A stretch of 64,000 bases of DNA from Candidatus Poseidoniaceae archaeon. GTDB taxonomy: Archaea; Thermoplasmatota; Poseidoniia; Poseidoniales; Poseidoniaceae. The position numbers and the translations under genes were made by a program. Shown in pieces: positions 49,753 to 59,886 of this stretch (position 1 is its first letter; each line of letters starts with the position of its first letter). Location: assembly GCA_965662895.1 (NCBI GenBank), contig CBFIJH010000005.1, forward strand, positions 1 to 64,000. Direction: 5' to 3'. A model generated the notes under the pieces. The model had not been told where the DNA came from. It saw nothing but the letters and a program-made list of their open reading frames with translations, and made no database searches.

Positions 49753-50757
49753 TCAAGTTTGAATGATTGGGAGCTTTTTGACAGGGGGTGCAATACCCAA
49801 ATCCTCTGGGAAGTAAAGTTCTGCTTCAGGGATTGGAATTGGAACAATCTCTCGACCGATCAAAGCAACACGACTCGGGCGACTTTCTGAAAGGACCTCT
49901 CGGCTGACTTGAGGTGCAAGTTCGTTTGAGAACGAAAGAATGTCTTCGTGGCTTGGCATATTTTCCATGGAGAGGTTTTCTCGGCTATGACCAACATAGA
50001 CGTACCCCTTTGCTTCAATAAAGTCAGGATCGGCGCGGTTGTCGAGTTCTGCAAACTCATTGATGTGTGTTGATGACATATTGACGCCTTTCATGAGTGT
50101 GTGTCGGCAAACAATTCTCGTGTCAAGACTTGGCAGCAAGTCGATGGTTTTCTCGAATTGATCCCAAGCACCACTGTTCCACTTTGGTCGACATACATCA
50201 TCGAAGACTTGCTTGTTCGGCGCGTCAACAGAGACGTAGAGTTGCGTAGGAAGGGTATCAAGATTCTCGAGAACCTTCGGAAGCGTCCCATTGGTGACGA
50301 GCATTGTTGTCATCCCATGTTTGTGGCACAAGTCCATGTACTCCGCAAGTCGGGTGTAAAGCGTAGGTTCACCGTTGAGTGAGATTGCGACATGCTTCGG
50401 GTCTTGGGCTTCGAGGAATTTTTCTCTTGGAACCTTGTCGTTCCCACCAAAACCTGAGAGGAGTCGTCGTTGGGCACGTACGCTTTCATAGAGAAGCTCG
50501 AGTGGATCTTGATCCGTGAGCTCGAGGGTGTCCATGTGCGGTTCTCGCCAGCAGTATGTGCAGGCGAGATTGCATTGATCAACAACCGGTGACATTTGCA
50601 TGCACGTGTGGCTCTTTACACCGTAGAACGTACCTTTGTAACACGCTCGATCGCGGAGTAATGATTCTTTGGTCCAGTGACAGGTTTTGACTCCACCGTG
50701 TTCACCAACGATGTGATATCGTTGCTTCTGTAGTTTCGCTTTGAGTGCGGGATCCAT
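49753..50757 (-). CDS. taw1: 4-demethylwyosine synthase (radical SAM)
   Basis: VKTCHWTK, CYKGTFYG, SHTCMQMSP, CNLACTYCWR, HVAISLNGEPT, EAKGY. Confidence 0.96.
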   Translation of the reverse strand: MDPALKAKLQKQRYHIVGEHGGVKTCHWTKESLLRDRACYKGTFYGVKSHTCMQMSPVVDQCNLACTYCWREPHMDTLELTDQDPLELLYESVRAQRRLLSGFGGNDKVPREKFLEAQDPKHVAISLNGEPTLYTRLAEYMDLCHKHGMTTMLVTNGTLPKVLENLDTLPTQLYVSVDAPNKQVFDDVCRPKWNSGAWDQFEKTIDLLPSLDTRIVCRHTLMKGVNMSSTHINEFAELDNRADPDFIEAKGYVYVGHSRENLSMENMPSHEDILSFSNELAPQVSREVLSESRPSRVALIGREIVPIPIPEAELYFPEDLGIAPPVKKLPIIQT

Positions 50758-50868
50758 ACCGATGGTTATTCCTCCTGAGGCCGGGTTCCACTGTCGCTGT
50801 GCGGTCGGGAGCGGCTCGGATGAGCCTCCCTCGGATGTTTTGTTCTTGAATCGAACGGTTCGTCAAAG

Positions 50869-50900
50869 TGTAGTAAAATACATTTAATGTAAAAACTACA
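50869..50900. promoter_or_regulatory. tandem operator-like palindromes TGTA-N6-TACA and TGTA-N5-TACA
   Basis: TGTAGTAAAATACA (50869-50882) and TGTAAAAACTACA (50888-50900) in the AT-rich divergent promoter region. Confidence 0.55.
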
Positions 50901-50967
50901 TCTATGTGTTGGCAAGTTTACCACGCCTTTGAATAGGTAGAGCACCAAAATAAGAGTGAGGATAACA

Positions 50968-51129
50968 ATGGATAACGAACTCCAAACATACACCGACCGA
51001 ATTATGGATCAACAAGAGTACCGTTCGGGGATTTTCTCGGACATGCTCTCACCGATTCTGAAAGCTATCGCTTCATTCCGGTTTTCTGCGAATGAACGTG
51101 CCGCCTTCAATACACGGAGGGAGAACTGA
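50968..51129 (+). CDS. 53-aa micro-protein (paralog 1), missing from the ORF track
   Basis: MDNELQTYTDRIMDQQEYRSGIF...; GTGAGG SD; similar to next ORF. Confidence 0.7.
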   Translation: MDNELQTYTDRIMDQQEYRSGIFSDMLSPILKAIASFRFSANERAAFNTRREN

Positions 51130-51249
51130 ATGGATCGAGAACTCGATACGTTTGTTGAGCGAGCCCTCGACAGTCAGGTGTACCGCAACGGTATTTCCTT
51201 CACGCCTGGTTTTTTTCAAAGGCTAGCCAAGATGTTTCGCCGTTCTTGA
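51130..51249 (+). CDS. 39-aa micro-protein (paralog 2), missing from the ORF track
   Basis: MDRELDTFVERALDSQVYRNGISF...; GGAGG SD; TGA-ATG abutting. Confidence 0.7.
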   Translation: MDRELDTFVERALDSQVYRNGISFTPGFFQRLAKMFRRS

Positions 51250-51291
51250 TTCAAAGGCAACGCATTTGAATCATGAGTCCTACGTTCCGAT

Positions 51292-52266
51292 ATGACTCGA
51301 TGGGCTCCGCATTTGATCGGTTTGCTCACGCCTGTCTCCGCCGCTATAACGCTCGTTGTTGGCGGCTGGTGGATGGTGACTCCAATCGTTCTTCTGCTCG
51401 GTCTTTACCCATTTCTTGATGTTCTTGGTGGTTCATCAACAATTCACGATATCGAGGAAGAAGGTAAAGGGCACAATGTCATCGTTCACCTTCACGGTAT
51501 TCTTGTCCCAGTCGTCGTTCTCTGTCTCTTGTATCGGGTTTGGGCAGGTCTTGGTTCCATTTCGATGATTGTGCCGGCTTTATCTGCTGGATTGGCAACC
51601 GGAGCAGCGGGCGTTGTTGCAGCACACGAGCTTGGACATCGTCGTCCAAAATCGGGGAGTTGGTGGCTCGGGCGACTCGACCTTCTTTGCGTTCTCTATC
51701 TCCATTTTACTGTTGAACACAATCACACACATCACAAGCACTGGGCTCGTAAGGTCGATCCAACAAGTTCTCCATGGGGCCGTAGCGTCTACGGCCATTT
51801 GATTCGAACTGTTCCTAAGCAATTGCGAAATGCGTACCGAATCAGGAAGAAGGATACAACAATCTCAATTCTTGTTGAACTCACGCTTCTTGTTTTGCTT
51901 GCAGTCTGGGGCTTGCCCTACCTTGCTGCATTCGTAGGACAAGCCGTTGTTGCCATCTATCTGCTCGAATTTGTGAATTTTATTCAACATCATGGCCTTG
52001 AACGAGGAGAAAATGAGCGTCCTCATGCAGGCCATGCCTGGGAAAGCCGAACGCGTTGGTCAAGATACACATTGATGAATCTCCCCCTTCATGCTGCACA
52101 TCATCTTCGATCGAGCACACCGTACGAGCGACTACGCCCGTACGATGAATCACCTCAACTGCCTGGTGGTTACTACCAGATGTTCTGGATTGCGTTGATA
52201 CCGCCATTGTTCAATCGGCTGATGCGGAGGTCGGTGAATCATTCCGGTGGAGTTGGTGGAGCGTAG
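51292..52266 (+). CDS. alkB: AlkB-like membrane di-iron monooxygenase / desaturase family
   Basis: [33 protein letters not shown]. Confidence 0.8.
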   Translation: MTRWAPHLIGLLTPVSAAITLVVGGWWMVTPIVLLLGLYPFLDVLGGSSTIHDIEEEGKGHNVIVHLHGILVPVVVLCLLYRVWAGLGSISMIVPALSAGLATGAAGVVAAHELGHRRPKSGSWWLGRLDLLCVLYLHFTVEHNHTHHKHWARKVDPTSSPWGRSVYGHLIRTVPKQLRNAYRIRKKDTTISILVELTLLVLLAVWGLPYLAAFVGQAVVAIYLLEFVNFIQHHGLERGENERPHAGHAWESRTRWSRYTLMNLPLHAAHHLRSSTPYERLRPYDESPQLPGGYYQMFWIALIPPLFNRLMRRSVNHSGGVGGA

Positions 52267-53303
52267 CCCCCATCAACGGCCTCCTGAACCACCGCCAAAT
52301 CTGAAACGACCATCATTTCAATCAGTTGCTCAAACGTTGTCTTCGGTTCCCATCCAAGTTTTTCTTTTGCGTAAGATGGATCGCCAATCAGAAGGTCGAC
52401 TTCAGCAGGACGGAAGAATTTCGGGTTTGTTCGAACCCTTACGACACCATGTTGATCGGTTGCAATTGTATCAACACCCTCTCCAGACCATGTCAAATTG
52501 AGATCGATGTGTGAAAAAGCAAGATTAATCATCTCGCGAATGCTGTGCGTGCGACCCGTTGCGATGACGTAATCATCAGGCTTGTCTTGTTGCAGCATCT
52601 TCCACTGCATCTCAACATAATCGCCAGCAAACCCCCAGTCACGCTTCGCATTAACGTTGCCGATGTGAAGACACTCATCGAATCCATGCTTGATTCGAGC
52701 AACCATCATGGTAACTTTTCGTGTGACAAATTCAAGTCCGCGGCGTGGGCTTTCGTGATTGAAGAGGATTCCTGTACAAGCAAACATATCGTACGACTCA
52801 CGATAATTACGTGTGATTTCGAACGCCATGACTTTGGCGCAACCGTACGGTGAGCGTGGATGGAATGGCGTCTTTTCAGTTTGTGGGACTTCTCGCACCT
52901 TTCCATATTGTTCGCTGGAACCCGCTTGATAGAACCGACAACCAGGTGCGTGCTTTCGAACGGCTTCAAGACAACGAAGTGCACCGAGTCCTGTAATATC
53001 AGCGGTCATCATTGGCGATCGCCATGATTCTGGAACAAAGGACATCGCACCAAGATTGTAGAACTCATCCGGCTTGACTTGTTGAACAGCGTTATCGATG
53101 GAGTTCTGATCGGCAAGATCCCCATTGAGCAAATTGAACTTCTCATTGCTCATCAGATGATTAATGAGGTTGCGGCCGAGGCTTGGTTGCGATACTCGAC
53201 GGACCAAGCCGTAGACGGTGTATCCCTCCTCGAGGAGCAATTCAGCAAGATAGGAACCGTCTTGTCCCGTGACTCCGGTAATGAGTGCAGTCTTCCCGCT
53301 CAT
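52239..53303 (-). CDS. gmd: GDP-mannose 4,6-dehydratase
   Basis: [42 protein letters not shown]. Confidence 0.97.
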   Translation of the reverse strand: MSGKTALITGVTGQDGSYLAELLLEEGYTVYGLVRRVSQPSLGRNLINHLMSNEKFNLLNGDLADQNSIDNAVQQVKPDEFYNLGAMSFVPESWRSPMMTADITGLGALRCLEAVRKHAPGCRFYQAGSSEQYGKVREVPQTEKTPFHPRSPYGCAKVMAFEITRNYRESYDMFACTGILFNHESPRRGLEFVTRKVTMMVARIKHGFDECLHIGNVNAKRDWGFAGDYVEMQWKMLQQDKPDDYVIATGRTHSIREMINLAFSHIDLNLTWSGEGVDTIATDQHGVVRVRTNPKFFRPAEVDLLIGDPSYAKEKLGWEPKTTFEQLIEMMVVSDLAVVQEAVDGGYAPPTPPE

Positions 53304-53428
53304 AGGGATTGCTGATGCTTGCCTTTTTTCAAAGCGTCGTACTAAAATGTACAGTCATTGGATACAAACCATTGTAAAGAAATAACCACGCCATTCTAAC
53401 TGCATGAGAAAATGTTGGAGTTTTTGAG

Positions 53429-54136
53429 ATGCTAAATGTTGATGGTTTAACCAAAAGTTTCGGTTCCCTCGACGTCTTGAAAGGCGTCAATATGCAAGTC
53501 GAAAAAGGGGAAATGGTCGCTCTCATGGGTCCATCAGGTTCTGGAAAATCTACGCTCCTGAACATCATCGGCGGTTTGCTTGCAGGCGATGGAGGAAGCA
53601 TCACGTTGGATGAGCGCACCTATGGGCAAAAGGGTCCCTCCAGCGTGGTCGATGTTCGTCGAAACAAAATTGGTTGGATTTTCCAGGATTTCCACCTTCT
53701 CGACAATCTCTCTGCCGTCGACAACGTTGCGATTGCACTTGAGTTGTCAGGCGTTCCTTCCCACGAAGCTGTCACAGCAGCTGAGGAGGCATTGCAAAAG
53801 GTTGGACTTGGTGATCGCCTCAATTTCATTCCAGATCAATTGTCGGGTGGACAGCAACAACGTGTTGCAATCGCTCGAGCGATTGCTGGTAACCGTCCGG
53901 TCCTACTCGCTGATGAACCGACCGGAAATCTCGATATTGCGAGCGGGAAAGAAGTTCTCAAGCTGTTCAAAGATCTCTGCCATGATGAGGAAAACCCGAT
54001 TTCAATTCTCATGGTTACACACGATCCAGATCTCGCTTCGAATGCTGATCGCATGCTTCTTCTCAACGATGGGAAAACGGAAGCATCCGACATTCGCTCT
54101 GCTTGGGGCCTTGAAGAGGAGGGTGAGGAAGAATGA
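53429..54136 (+). CDS. LolD/MacB-type ABC ATPase
   Basis: GPSGSGKST, LSGGQQQRVAIARA, LADEPTGNLD, VTHD. Confidence 0.95.
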   Translation: MLNVDGLTKSFGSLDVLKGVNMQVEKGEMVALMGPSGSGKSTLLNIIGGLLAGDGGSITLDERTYGQKGPSSVVDVRRNKIGWIFQDFHLLDNLSAVDNVAIALELSGVPSHEAVTAAEEALQKVGLGDRLNFIPDQLSGGQQQRVAIARAIAGNRPVLLADEPTGNLDIASGKEVLKLFKDLCHDEENPISILMVTHDPDLASNADRMLLLNDGKTEASDIRSAWGLEEEGEEE

Positions 54137-57100
54137 GTGACGAAGTCTCCGATTTGAAAGACAGCGACTTTGGGCAAGGTCGGTCGCGAATTCGACGCTA
54201 TCAACACGCTCTCATGGAGCTGCCAAGTCGACTTCGCCTCGCAGGTCAGAGCGCATGGCGTGGAAAAGAGCGCGGTATGGCTGTCATCGCTGGTGTATTC
54301 CTCGCATCTCTTGTCATTACGACCGTTCTTGCGTACGGAGTTGGCTTATCCCAATTGTTCTTTGAAGAATCCCTTGATTCCGAACCGTTTGATGCGAAGA
54401 TCGAGTTTGCACGAACGCCTGTTGAGAACGCATCAGGGTGGACCAACAATACGACGACGATGACCGAAGTCTGTGACGAATTGATGGATGAATTTTCCGA
54501 GTTCAACGATTGTACCCTTGTTCTAGGGCGTCAAGGAATTCACAGTGGTGGCTTCTTCAACATCGAGTTCGTTGTTGCTCAACCTCTTGAAATGCGAGCG
54601 ATTTCCGACAACGAAAATCCGTTATGGGATACGATGAATTTTGATTATCCCGAAGCACTTGATGCTGGACCACCCATTTCGGACAAGCGTGCCATTCGGT
54701 TTCTTGGACCCGAAGCCTTTGATGGTGAATTAGGCGAACGGCTTGGTGAAAACATCATTGCTGGTCTTGGTGAATGGCCAACGCCAGAAAACATGAGTGA
54801 AAACCGTGGCATTATTCTGCCATCGACGATTGCCAGCGAAGCGCAGGCGAAGGTTGGGGACGTCCTTGATGAACTCACGTTTGCTTACGTTGTCGACGAA
54901 TCAACCCTTCTCGAAGCCAGCATAACCGAAGACAACTGTGCAGGTGAAATCACGCCTGAAAACAACGAAATGATCTACTGTCGAATGTGGATGACCGTTG
55001 AAAATCTCACCGTTATGGGCATTTACGAACCATGGGATTTCGGCAACCCAACGCTCCCATTCAATCCGATTTTCACAACCTGGGAAGTACTTGAAGAATC
55101 CGAGCGAGCGACGTTGATTGACAACGATCACATGTATCTTGGCGTGACCATCGATCGAGGCCAATTGCCAACGACGTCGACAGCCGATGCTGCAGACTGG
55201 CTTGAAAATCTTGGAACCGAAGTTCAGGGTGGAAATTACACCGATGCAGGTATTGAACTGTACTACACGGACATTGTTTCCGGAACCATTCTCTTCCTCA
55301 ACATCTTCCTTGGATTGATTCAAATTTTCGACTATATCATCATGATACCAATCGTATTCTTGTCTCTTGCAGTCCTCATCTATGGGCTGGTCTTGTCTCT
55401 TGAACAACGTCGTCGAGAAGTCAGTATCCATCGGGTCATTGGTGCGGATGGAAAGAATCTGCAAGGCATGGTCCTCTTGGAACTGTTTGTGATGTCCTCA
55501 GTTGCCTGGCTCATTGGCTACATTTTGGCTCTGATGGCAGTACCTATCGTTCTCTCAGCGGTCGGTTTCATGGAATTCAGAACGGGAGACTTCGATGTGA
55601 ATCCAACACTTGGTATCGGTTCAACATTGTTCACAGCCATTGCTACACTTGGGCTTGCGATGATTTTTGGACGCAGTCGTGCCAAAGATTTCATTGAACT
55701 TGAAATCGAAGAAGGTGTTCGCAAAACAACGGTCAAAGCAGAACCAAAACGATGGCTTCACTGGTCTGCATTCCTGTTCGGTATGCTCGCAGTCATCGAT
55801 ACGTGGCTTGAGATGAATGGTAGTGAGGACGGTATTGTTTCGAACTTCTTCATTGAAGGATTGATTGGCATCATCGGACCGTTTGCTCTGTGGATCGGAG
55901 GTGCTCTTTTGCTCGGAAGAATTGGTGCAAAGGGACCACAAATCATGCAACTGTTGTTTGGACGCTCACCGCTTCTCAAGGACGTGAAGCGCGGTTTGAA
56001 AGGGTCGGGGTCTGCGGAATCCGTGAATCGTCTTGCCGTCATCATGCTCCTGACACTCTCGATTGTCACCTTAGCAGCTGTTCAAGGATACACTGGGACA
56101 TTGGTCGATGAAAAGACGGCCGATGCTACAGTTGGTTCAGATTTGCAAATTTCATCGGAACAAGCCATCAATTCAACGACACTCATCTCCTTGATCAACG
56201 AATTTACCGATGGTGACGTGAATCCGGTCGCTACAAGTGTGCCTGAGATAGCACTCGCCGATCAACAAGGCGGTGACAGCTTGCAAACCCTCGTTCTTCT
56301 CAATGGAAACCAGAACGTCTTACGATGGAGTGAGCAATCCATTCCCGGTACGGATATTGGTGCTGCTATGAATGCCTACTCCAACAACGGCTTCTCAGCA
56401 GGCCAAGATTCTGCCTATTCACTTGACCTACCAGGTTCCGATCGTGGAGGCGACGAGAACAGACTCGATGACGTCTTGCTCAAGCCGGGTGAGGATAAAT
56501 CACGAGAGATCACCTTCGTCTGGGAAAAGATCGAGTTCAACTTCTCTTCTGGCGGTTCGGAAGAAACAGACCCACAGGAACTGTTCAACGCCTACACGCT
56601 CCTGATGGATGCCGACTGGGGTGAACTCAATCTCTCTGGTCAAGATTTGGATGAGCGAGATTTGGGACGCGTTGATTTGTCGAACACCAATCTTGCGGAT
56701 GCAGACCTCTCAAACATGAACATGAGCGAATCTGCTCTTGTCGACGTGAACCTCAGCAATGCAGATTTGACTGGAGCAAATCTGGAGAATGCTATCCTCT
56801 TCAATTTCATGGGTGGTTCGATGGAAGATGCTGATTTCACAGATGCAAATCTTGCAGGTGCCTTTGGATTCTTTGACCTTTCATCAGCGACCTTGTCGAA
56901 TACAACGTGCCCAGATGGAACCAACAGCGATGAAACCGGTTGTTTGGGCGGAGCAAGTGAGATTCCTCCACCGCTCGCAGCAGACCTCTTCTTTGCGGAT
57001 ACGCGTGTTCAATTGATTGTCACGCCATTCACGACATCGATGTACTACATGGGGACACACGAATACATTCCAGGTGTTGGAGCAGCAACCATCGCTTCAG

Positions 57101-57753
57101 CATTGATCATCGGAGAGGATTCATGGCGCAGTCTCGTTGGAGATGATGTAGCGAACAACCTGACGTCCAAGACGTGGATTGTTCGTGTCGATGGCCTATC
57201 GGGTGACGCGTTGGAATCGCTCGCTTCTCAGATTAAGGCAGATTCTCGTGTATCGGGAGTCCTCGATTGGTCAAGCACGCACAAGGATGTTGAGCGAAAC
57301 GGCGGGCTGATCTTCGGAACACCGGGTTTGCTCTCTCTGCAATTCGTTGTTGCGAGTGTTGCTGCTGTTGCATCGAGTTTCGTTTTCCTTTCACTTGTGT
57401 TGAGTCAACGACAGAAAGAATTGGCTGTCTTGCAAGCGATTGGAGCCTCTCCGAACCAAATCATTCGATTGGTTCTGTTTGAGATTCTGTCGATTGTTGT
57501 TGTCTCGATGGCGCTCGGTATTGTTCTCGGTGCTGGCTTGGCGCTGTCCTTCAATGGATTCTTTGATATCTTTGGATTCATCTTCCAAATCTTTGGAGGT
57601 TCGTCAACAACGATACAACGGACACTGGTCTATCCATGGTCACAGATTATTCTCGTGTCCTTGGCGGTTTTTGCTGCCGTCGTCGTAGCCTTGTTGGTGA
57701 CAACACGCCGTGCATTAACAGCTGATTTGGCAAGCGTGCTGAAGGGGGAATGA
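54133..57753 (+). CDS. duplicated FtsX/MacB-type ABC permease with pentapeptide-repeat insert
   Basis: QRRREVSIHRVIGA and QRQKELAVLQAIGAS; NLSGQ/DLSNT/NLADA/DLTGA/NLENA repeats. Confidence 0.9.
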   Translation: MSDEVSDLKDSDFGQGRSRIRRYQHALMELPSRLRLAGQSAWRGKERGMAVIAGVFLASLVITTVLAYGVGLSQLFFEESLDSEPFDAKIEFARTPVENASGWTNNTTTMTEVCDELMDEFSEFNDCTLVLGRQGIHSGGFFNIEFVVAQPLEMRAISDNENPLWDTMNFDYPEALDAGPPISDKRAIRFLGPEAFDGELGERLGENIIAGLGEWPTPENMSENRGIILPSTIASEAQAKVGDVLDELTFAYVVDESTLLEASITEDNCAGEITPENNEMIYCRMWMTVENLTVMGIYEPWDFGNPTLPFNPIFTTWEVLEESERATLIDNDHMYLGVTIDRGQLPTTSTADAADWLENLGTEVQGGNYTDAGIELYYTDIVSGTILFLNIFLGLIQIFDYIIMIPIVFLSLAVLIYGLVLSLEQRRREVSIHRVIGADGKNLQGMVLLELFVMSSVAWLIGYILALMAVPIVLSAVGFMEFRTGDFDVNPTLGIGSTLFTAIATLGLAMIFGRSRAKDFIELEIEEGVRKTTVKAEPKRWLHWSAFLFGMLAVIDTWLEMNGSEDGIVSNFFIEGLIGIIGPFALWIGGALLLGRIGAKGPQIMQLLFGRSPLLKDVKRGLKGSGSAESVNRLAVIMLLTLSIVTLAAVQGYTGTLVDEKTADATVGSDLQISSEQAINSTTLISLINEFTDGDVNPVATSVPEIALADQQGGDSLQTLVLLNGNQNVLRWSEQSIPGTDIGAAMNAYSNNGFSAGQDSAYSLDLPGSDRGGDENRLDDVLLKPGEDKSREITFVWEKIEFNFSSGGSEETDPQELFNAYTLLMDADWGELNLSGQDLDERDLGRVDLSNTNLADADLSNMNMSESALVDVNLSNADLTGANLENAILFNFMGGSMEDADFTDANLAGAFGFFDLSSATLSNTTCPDGTNSDETGCLGGASEIPPPLAADLFFADTRVQLIVTPFTTSMYYMGTHEYIPGVGAATIASALIIGEDSWRSLVGDDVANNLTSKTWIVRVDGLSGDALESLASQIKADSRVSGVLDWSSTHKDVERNGGLIFGTPGLLSLQFVVASVAAVASSFVFLSLVLSQRQKELAVLQAIGASPNQIIRLVLFEILSIVVVSMALGIVLGAGLALSFNGFFDIFGFIFQIFGGSSTTIQRTLVYPWSQIILVSLAVFAAVVVALLVTTRRALTADLASVLKGE

Positions 57754-58736
57754 AGATGAGTGAAATTATTCTGGAATCCGACGGATTGTACCACGTCTAC
57801 GAATCCAAGGCTGAAGATGGAAACGTCGTCGCATTGCGAGGTCTTCACATCAATATGAAAGCGGGTGAAGCCATCGCAGTTGTTGGTCCCTCAGGTTCAG
57901 GGAAATCAACACTGATGAAGTGTCTTGGTGGTTTGATGAAACCAAGTGCGGGTTCAGTCAGTCTGGCTGGAAAGAACATGACCCGATTGAAAGGCCAAGA
58001 ATTGGTTGAACTTCGACAAAAGACCGTATCGTTCATTTTCCAAGAAGGAAACCTCCTTCCCGACTTGAACGCTCGGGACAACGTCGCTCAACCACTTCGC
58101 CATCAAGGCGTCCCCTCAAAGAAAGCACTCGCACAGGCTGATGCTATGTTGGAACGACTAGGAATGGCGCATCGGACACAAGCGCTTCCAGCTAAGCTCA
58201 GTGGTGGAGAGCAACAACGCGTTGCCATTGCTCGAGCACTCATCACTCGTCCTCGATTGATTCTTGCTGACGAGCCAACGGGTGCACTTGATCCTGTGAC
58301 GAGCAGAGAAGTTCTTGCTTTGTTCAAAGACTTGCACGAAAACGATGGCGTCTCGTTCCTGATTGTTACACACTCAAAAGAAGTCGCTTCTTTTGCAAAC
58401 CGATCGCTTGAACTTCGAGATGGTCGCTTTGTGGCCGAACATGGTGATTCCATCGACGTTGAAGATTTGAGCAAGGACCGTGAACTCATCATCGATGAGA
58501 CAGGAACAGTAACACTGCCTCCAGATCTTTTGGTCCGCCTTGGTGGAGCAGGACGATACACCGTCGGAAACGTGGCAAGCGGGTACCTTTCACTGCAAGG
58601 TGATTCGGTCGAAGCCATGGGCAAAATGGAACTTGCTCAGGTCTGTCCTGCCTGCAAGCATGACTATGTTGATAGCGATGAGCAAATGTGTCCATCCTGC
58701 GGCTCAAGTCGGCCCATGGTGGAAGTTGAAGTATGA
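57750..58736 (+). CDS. LolD-type ABC ATPase with C-terminal AbrB-like segment and Zn ribbon
   Basis: GPSGSGKST, LSGGEQQR, DEPTG; IIDETGTVTLPPDL; CPAC...CPSC. Confidence 0.92.
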   Translation: MKMSEIILESDGLYHVYESKAEDGNVVALRGLHINMKAGEAIAVVGPSGSGKSTLMKCLGGLMKPSAGSVSLAGKNMTRLKGQELVELRQKTVSFIFQEGNLLPDLNARDNVAQPLRHQGVPSKKALAQADAMLERLGMAHRTQALPAKLSGGEQQRVAIARALITRPRLILADEPTGALDPVTSREVLALFKDLHENDGVSFLIVTHSKEVASFANRSLELRDGRFVAEHGDSIDVEDLSKDRELIIDETGTVTLPPDLLVRLGGAGRYTVGNVASGYLSLQGDSVEAMGKMELAQVCPACKHDYVDSDEQMCPSCGSSRPMVEVEV

Positions 58737-59020
58737 AGCAACTCGTCTCATTTGTTAGTTATCTCGAGGGTTTCTCAGCCCTGTTTCTATTTGCAGTAGC
58801 GATGCCTGTCAAGTATATCGGTGGCGATCCATCACTGGTTTCACTCGTTGGCGCCATCCACGGAGGTCTTTTTGTTGCGTTCATTGGTTTGTTGTTCTTC
58901 GGTGTAGGACGTCAATGGAACCTGACTGCACTGATTCACGGATTCATCGCTGCCGTCGTTCCAGCAGGACCGTTTCTCTTTGATGGAATGCTCATCAGTG
59001 GAGAGTACGACCCCAAGTAA
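58733..59020 (+). CDS. DUF3817-like small membrane protein
   Basis: EGFSALFLFAVAMPVKY...GAIHGGLF...AAVVPAGPF. Confidence 0.8.
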   Translation: MKQLVSFVSYLEGFSALFLFAVAMPVKYIGGDPSLVSLVGAIHGGLFVAFIGLLFFGVGRQWNLTALIHGFIAAVVPAGPFLFDGMLISGEYDPK

Positions 59021-59091
59021 TTTGATATATAATCAGTTTTATTTAGTCAAGACTATAAGTAACGTGTTGTGTCGCTGGCTAACGTGATAAA

Positions 59092-59505
59092 ATGGACGCG
59101 AAAACTATCTTTCAACCGAAAATATGGTACATCATCTGTGGCGCTATAGCCCTCTTTGGTGGAATTGAAAACATGATGAACGCTGAAACTTGGGCTGAAA
59201 GCGCCTGGGGTAAGGACGGCGTAAACGATCAAAGCAAAGCAATGGAGACCCTCTTCGGCCTCTTCATGTGTGGATTTGGGGTGATGGGTCTTGTTTGTGC
59301 CTTCGTGCTTGATGGTACAACTCAGGCCAAATTTGCGATGGCCAATGCAGGCGCAATCATGGCGTTCTTCCTCGCTATGTTTTTTGTTCTCCCAGAAACT
59401 GGCTACGAAATGCCAGGTGTTGCTTTCTTAGTACCACCATTCTTGTTCCTTGGTGGTCTTCTCGCTGCAGGATACTTGCACATGAACGACACGGAAATGG
59501 TTTGA
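59092..59505 (+). CDS. four-TM hypothetical protein (paralog A)
   Basis: MDAKTIFQPKIW start; hydrophobic; similar to next two ORFs. Confidence 0.8.
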   Translation: MDAKTIFQPKIWYIICGAIALFGGIENMMNAETWAESAWGKDGVNDQSKAMETLFGLFMCGFGVMGLVCAFVLDGTTQAKFAMANAGAIMAFFLAMFFVLPETGYEMPGVAFLVPPFLFLGGLLAAGYLHMNDTEMV

Positions 59506-59886
59506 ATGGATGCAAAGTCGATTCTTAACACGAAAGTATGGCTAACAATCATTGGCGTTATGCATCTTCTCATGGGTGTCATTGTCAACTATATGGAAAA
59601 TGGTAGTGAAGACAATCTTGCAGGATTTGGATTCTTTGCCATGATTAGTTTCTACCTACTTTATGTCGCATTTATGACCACAGGACAGGTACAAGCACGA
59701 TTGGCAGTTATTTTCTGCGGACCAGTCGTTGTTTGGTTTATCGTTTGTATGGTTATGGATCTCAATCTCTTTGGGGCTCCGGTCGCATCTATGCCGGAAG
59801 CAGTTCTACCACTCGTTCTTTGGGGTATGCCTGCTCTCTGCGGTATTCTCGATTGGAACATGGACGACACCGCAACTGAGGCATGA
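59506..59886 (+). CDS. four-TM hypothetical protein (paralog B)
   Basis: MDAKSILNTKVW start; abuts previous stop. Confidence 0.8.
   Translation: MDAKSILNTKVWLTIIGVMHLLMGVIVNYMENGSEDNLAGFGFFAMISFYLLYVAFMTTGQVQARLAVIFCGPVVVWFIVCMVMDLNLFGAPVASMPEAVLPLVLWGMPALCGILDWNMDDTATEA

Noticed and set aside
50758-50835. GC-rich hairpin (GGGAG..GGCTC/GAGCC.TCCC) upstream of taw1 as a riboswitch
   Set aside because: No recognisable riboswitch consensus; the predicted TSS (~50821) falls inside the hairpin; the region is also an open in-frame extension without a start codon, so it is unresolved
50766-50993. 75-aa minus-strand ORF with hydrophobic N-terminus
   Set aside because: It crosses the divergent promoter/operator region and overlaps the better-supported micro-peptide start
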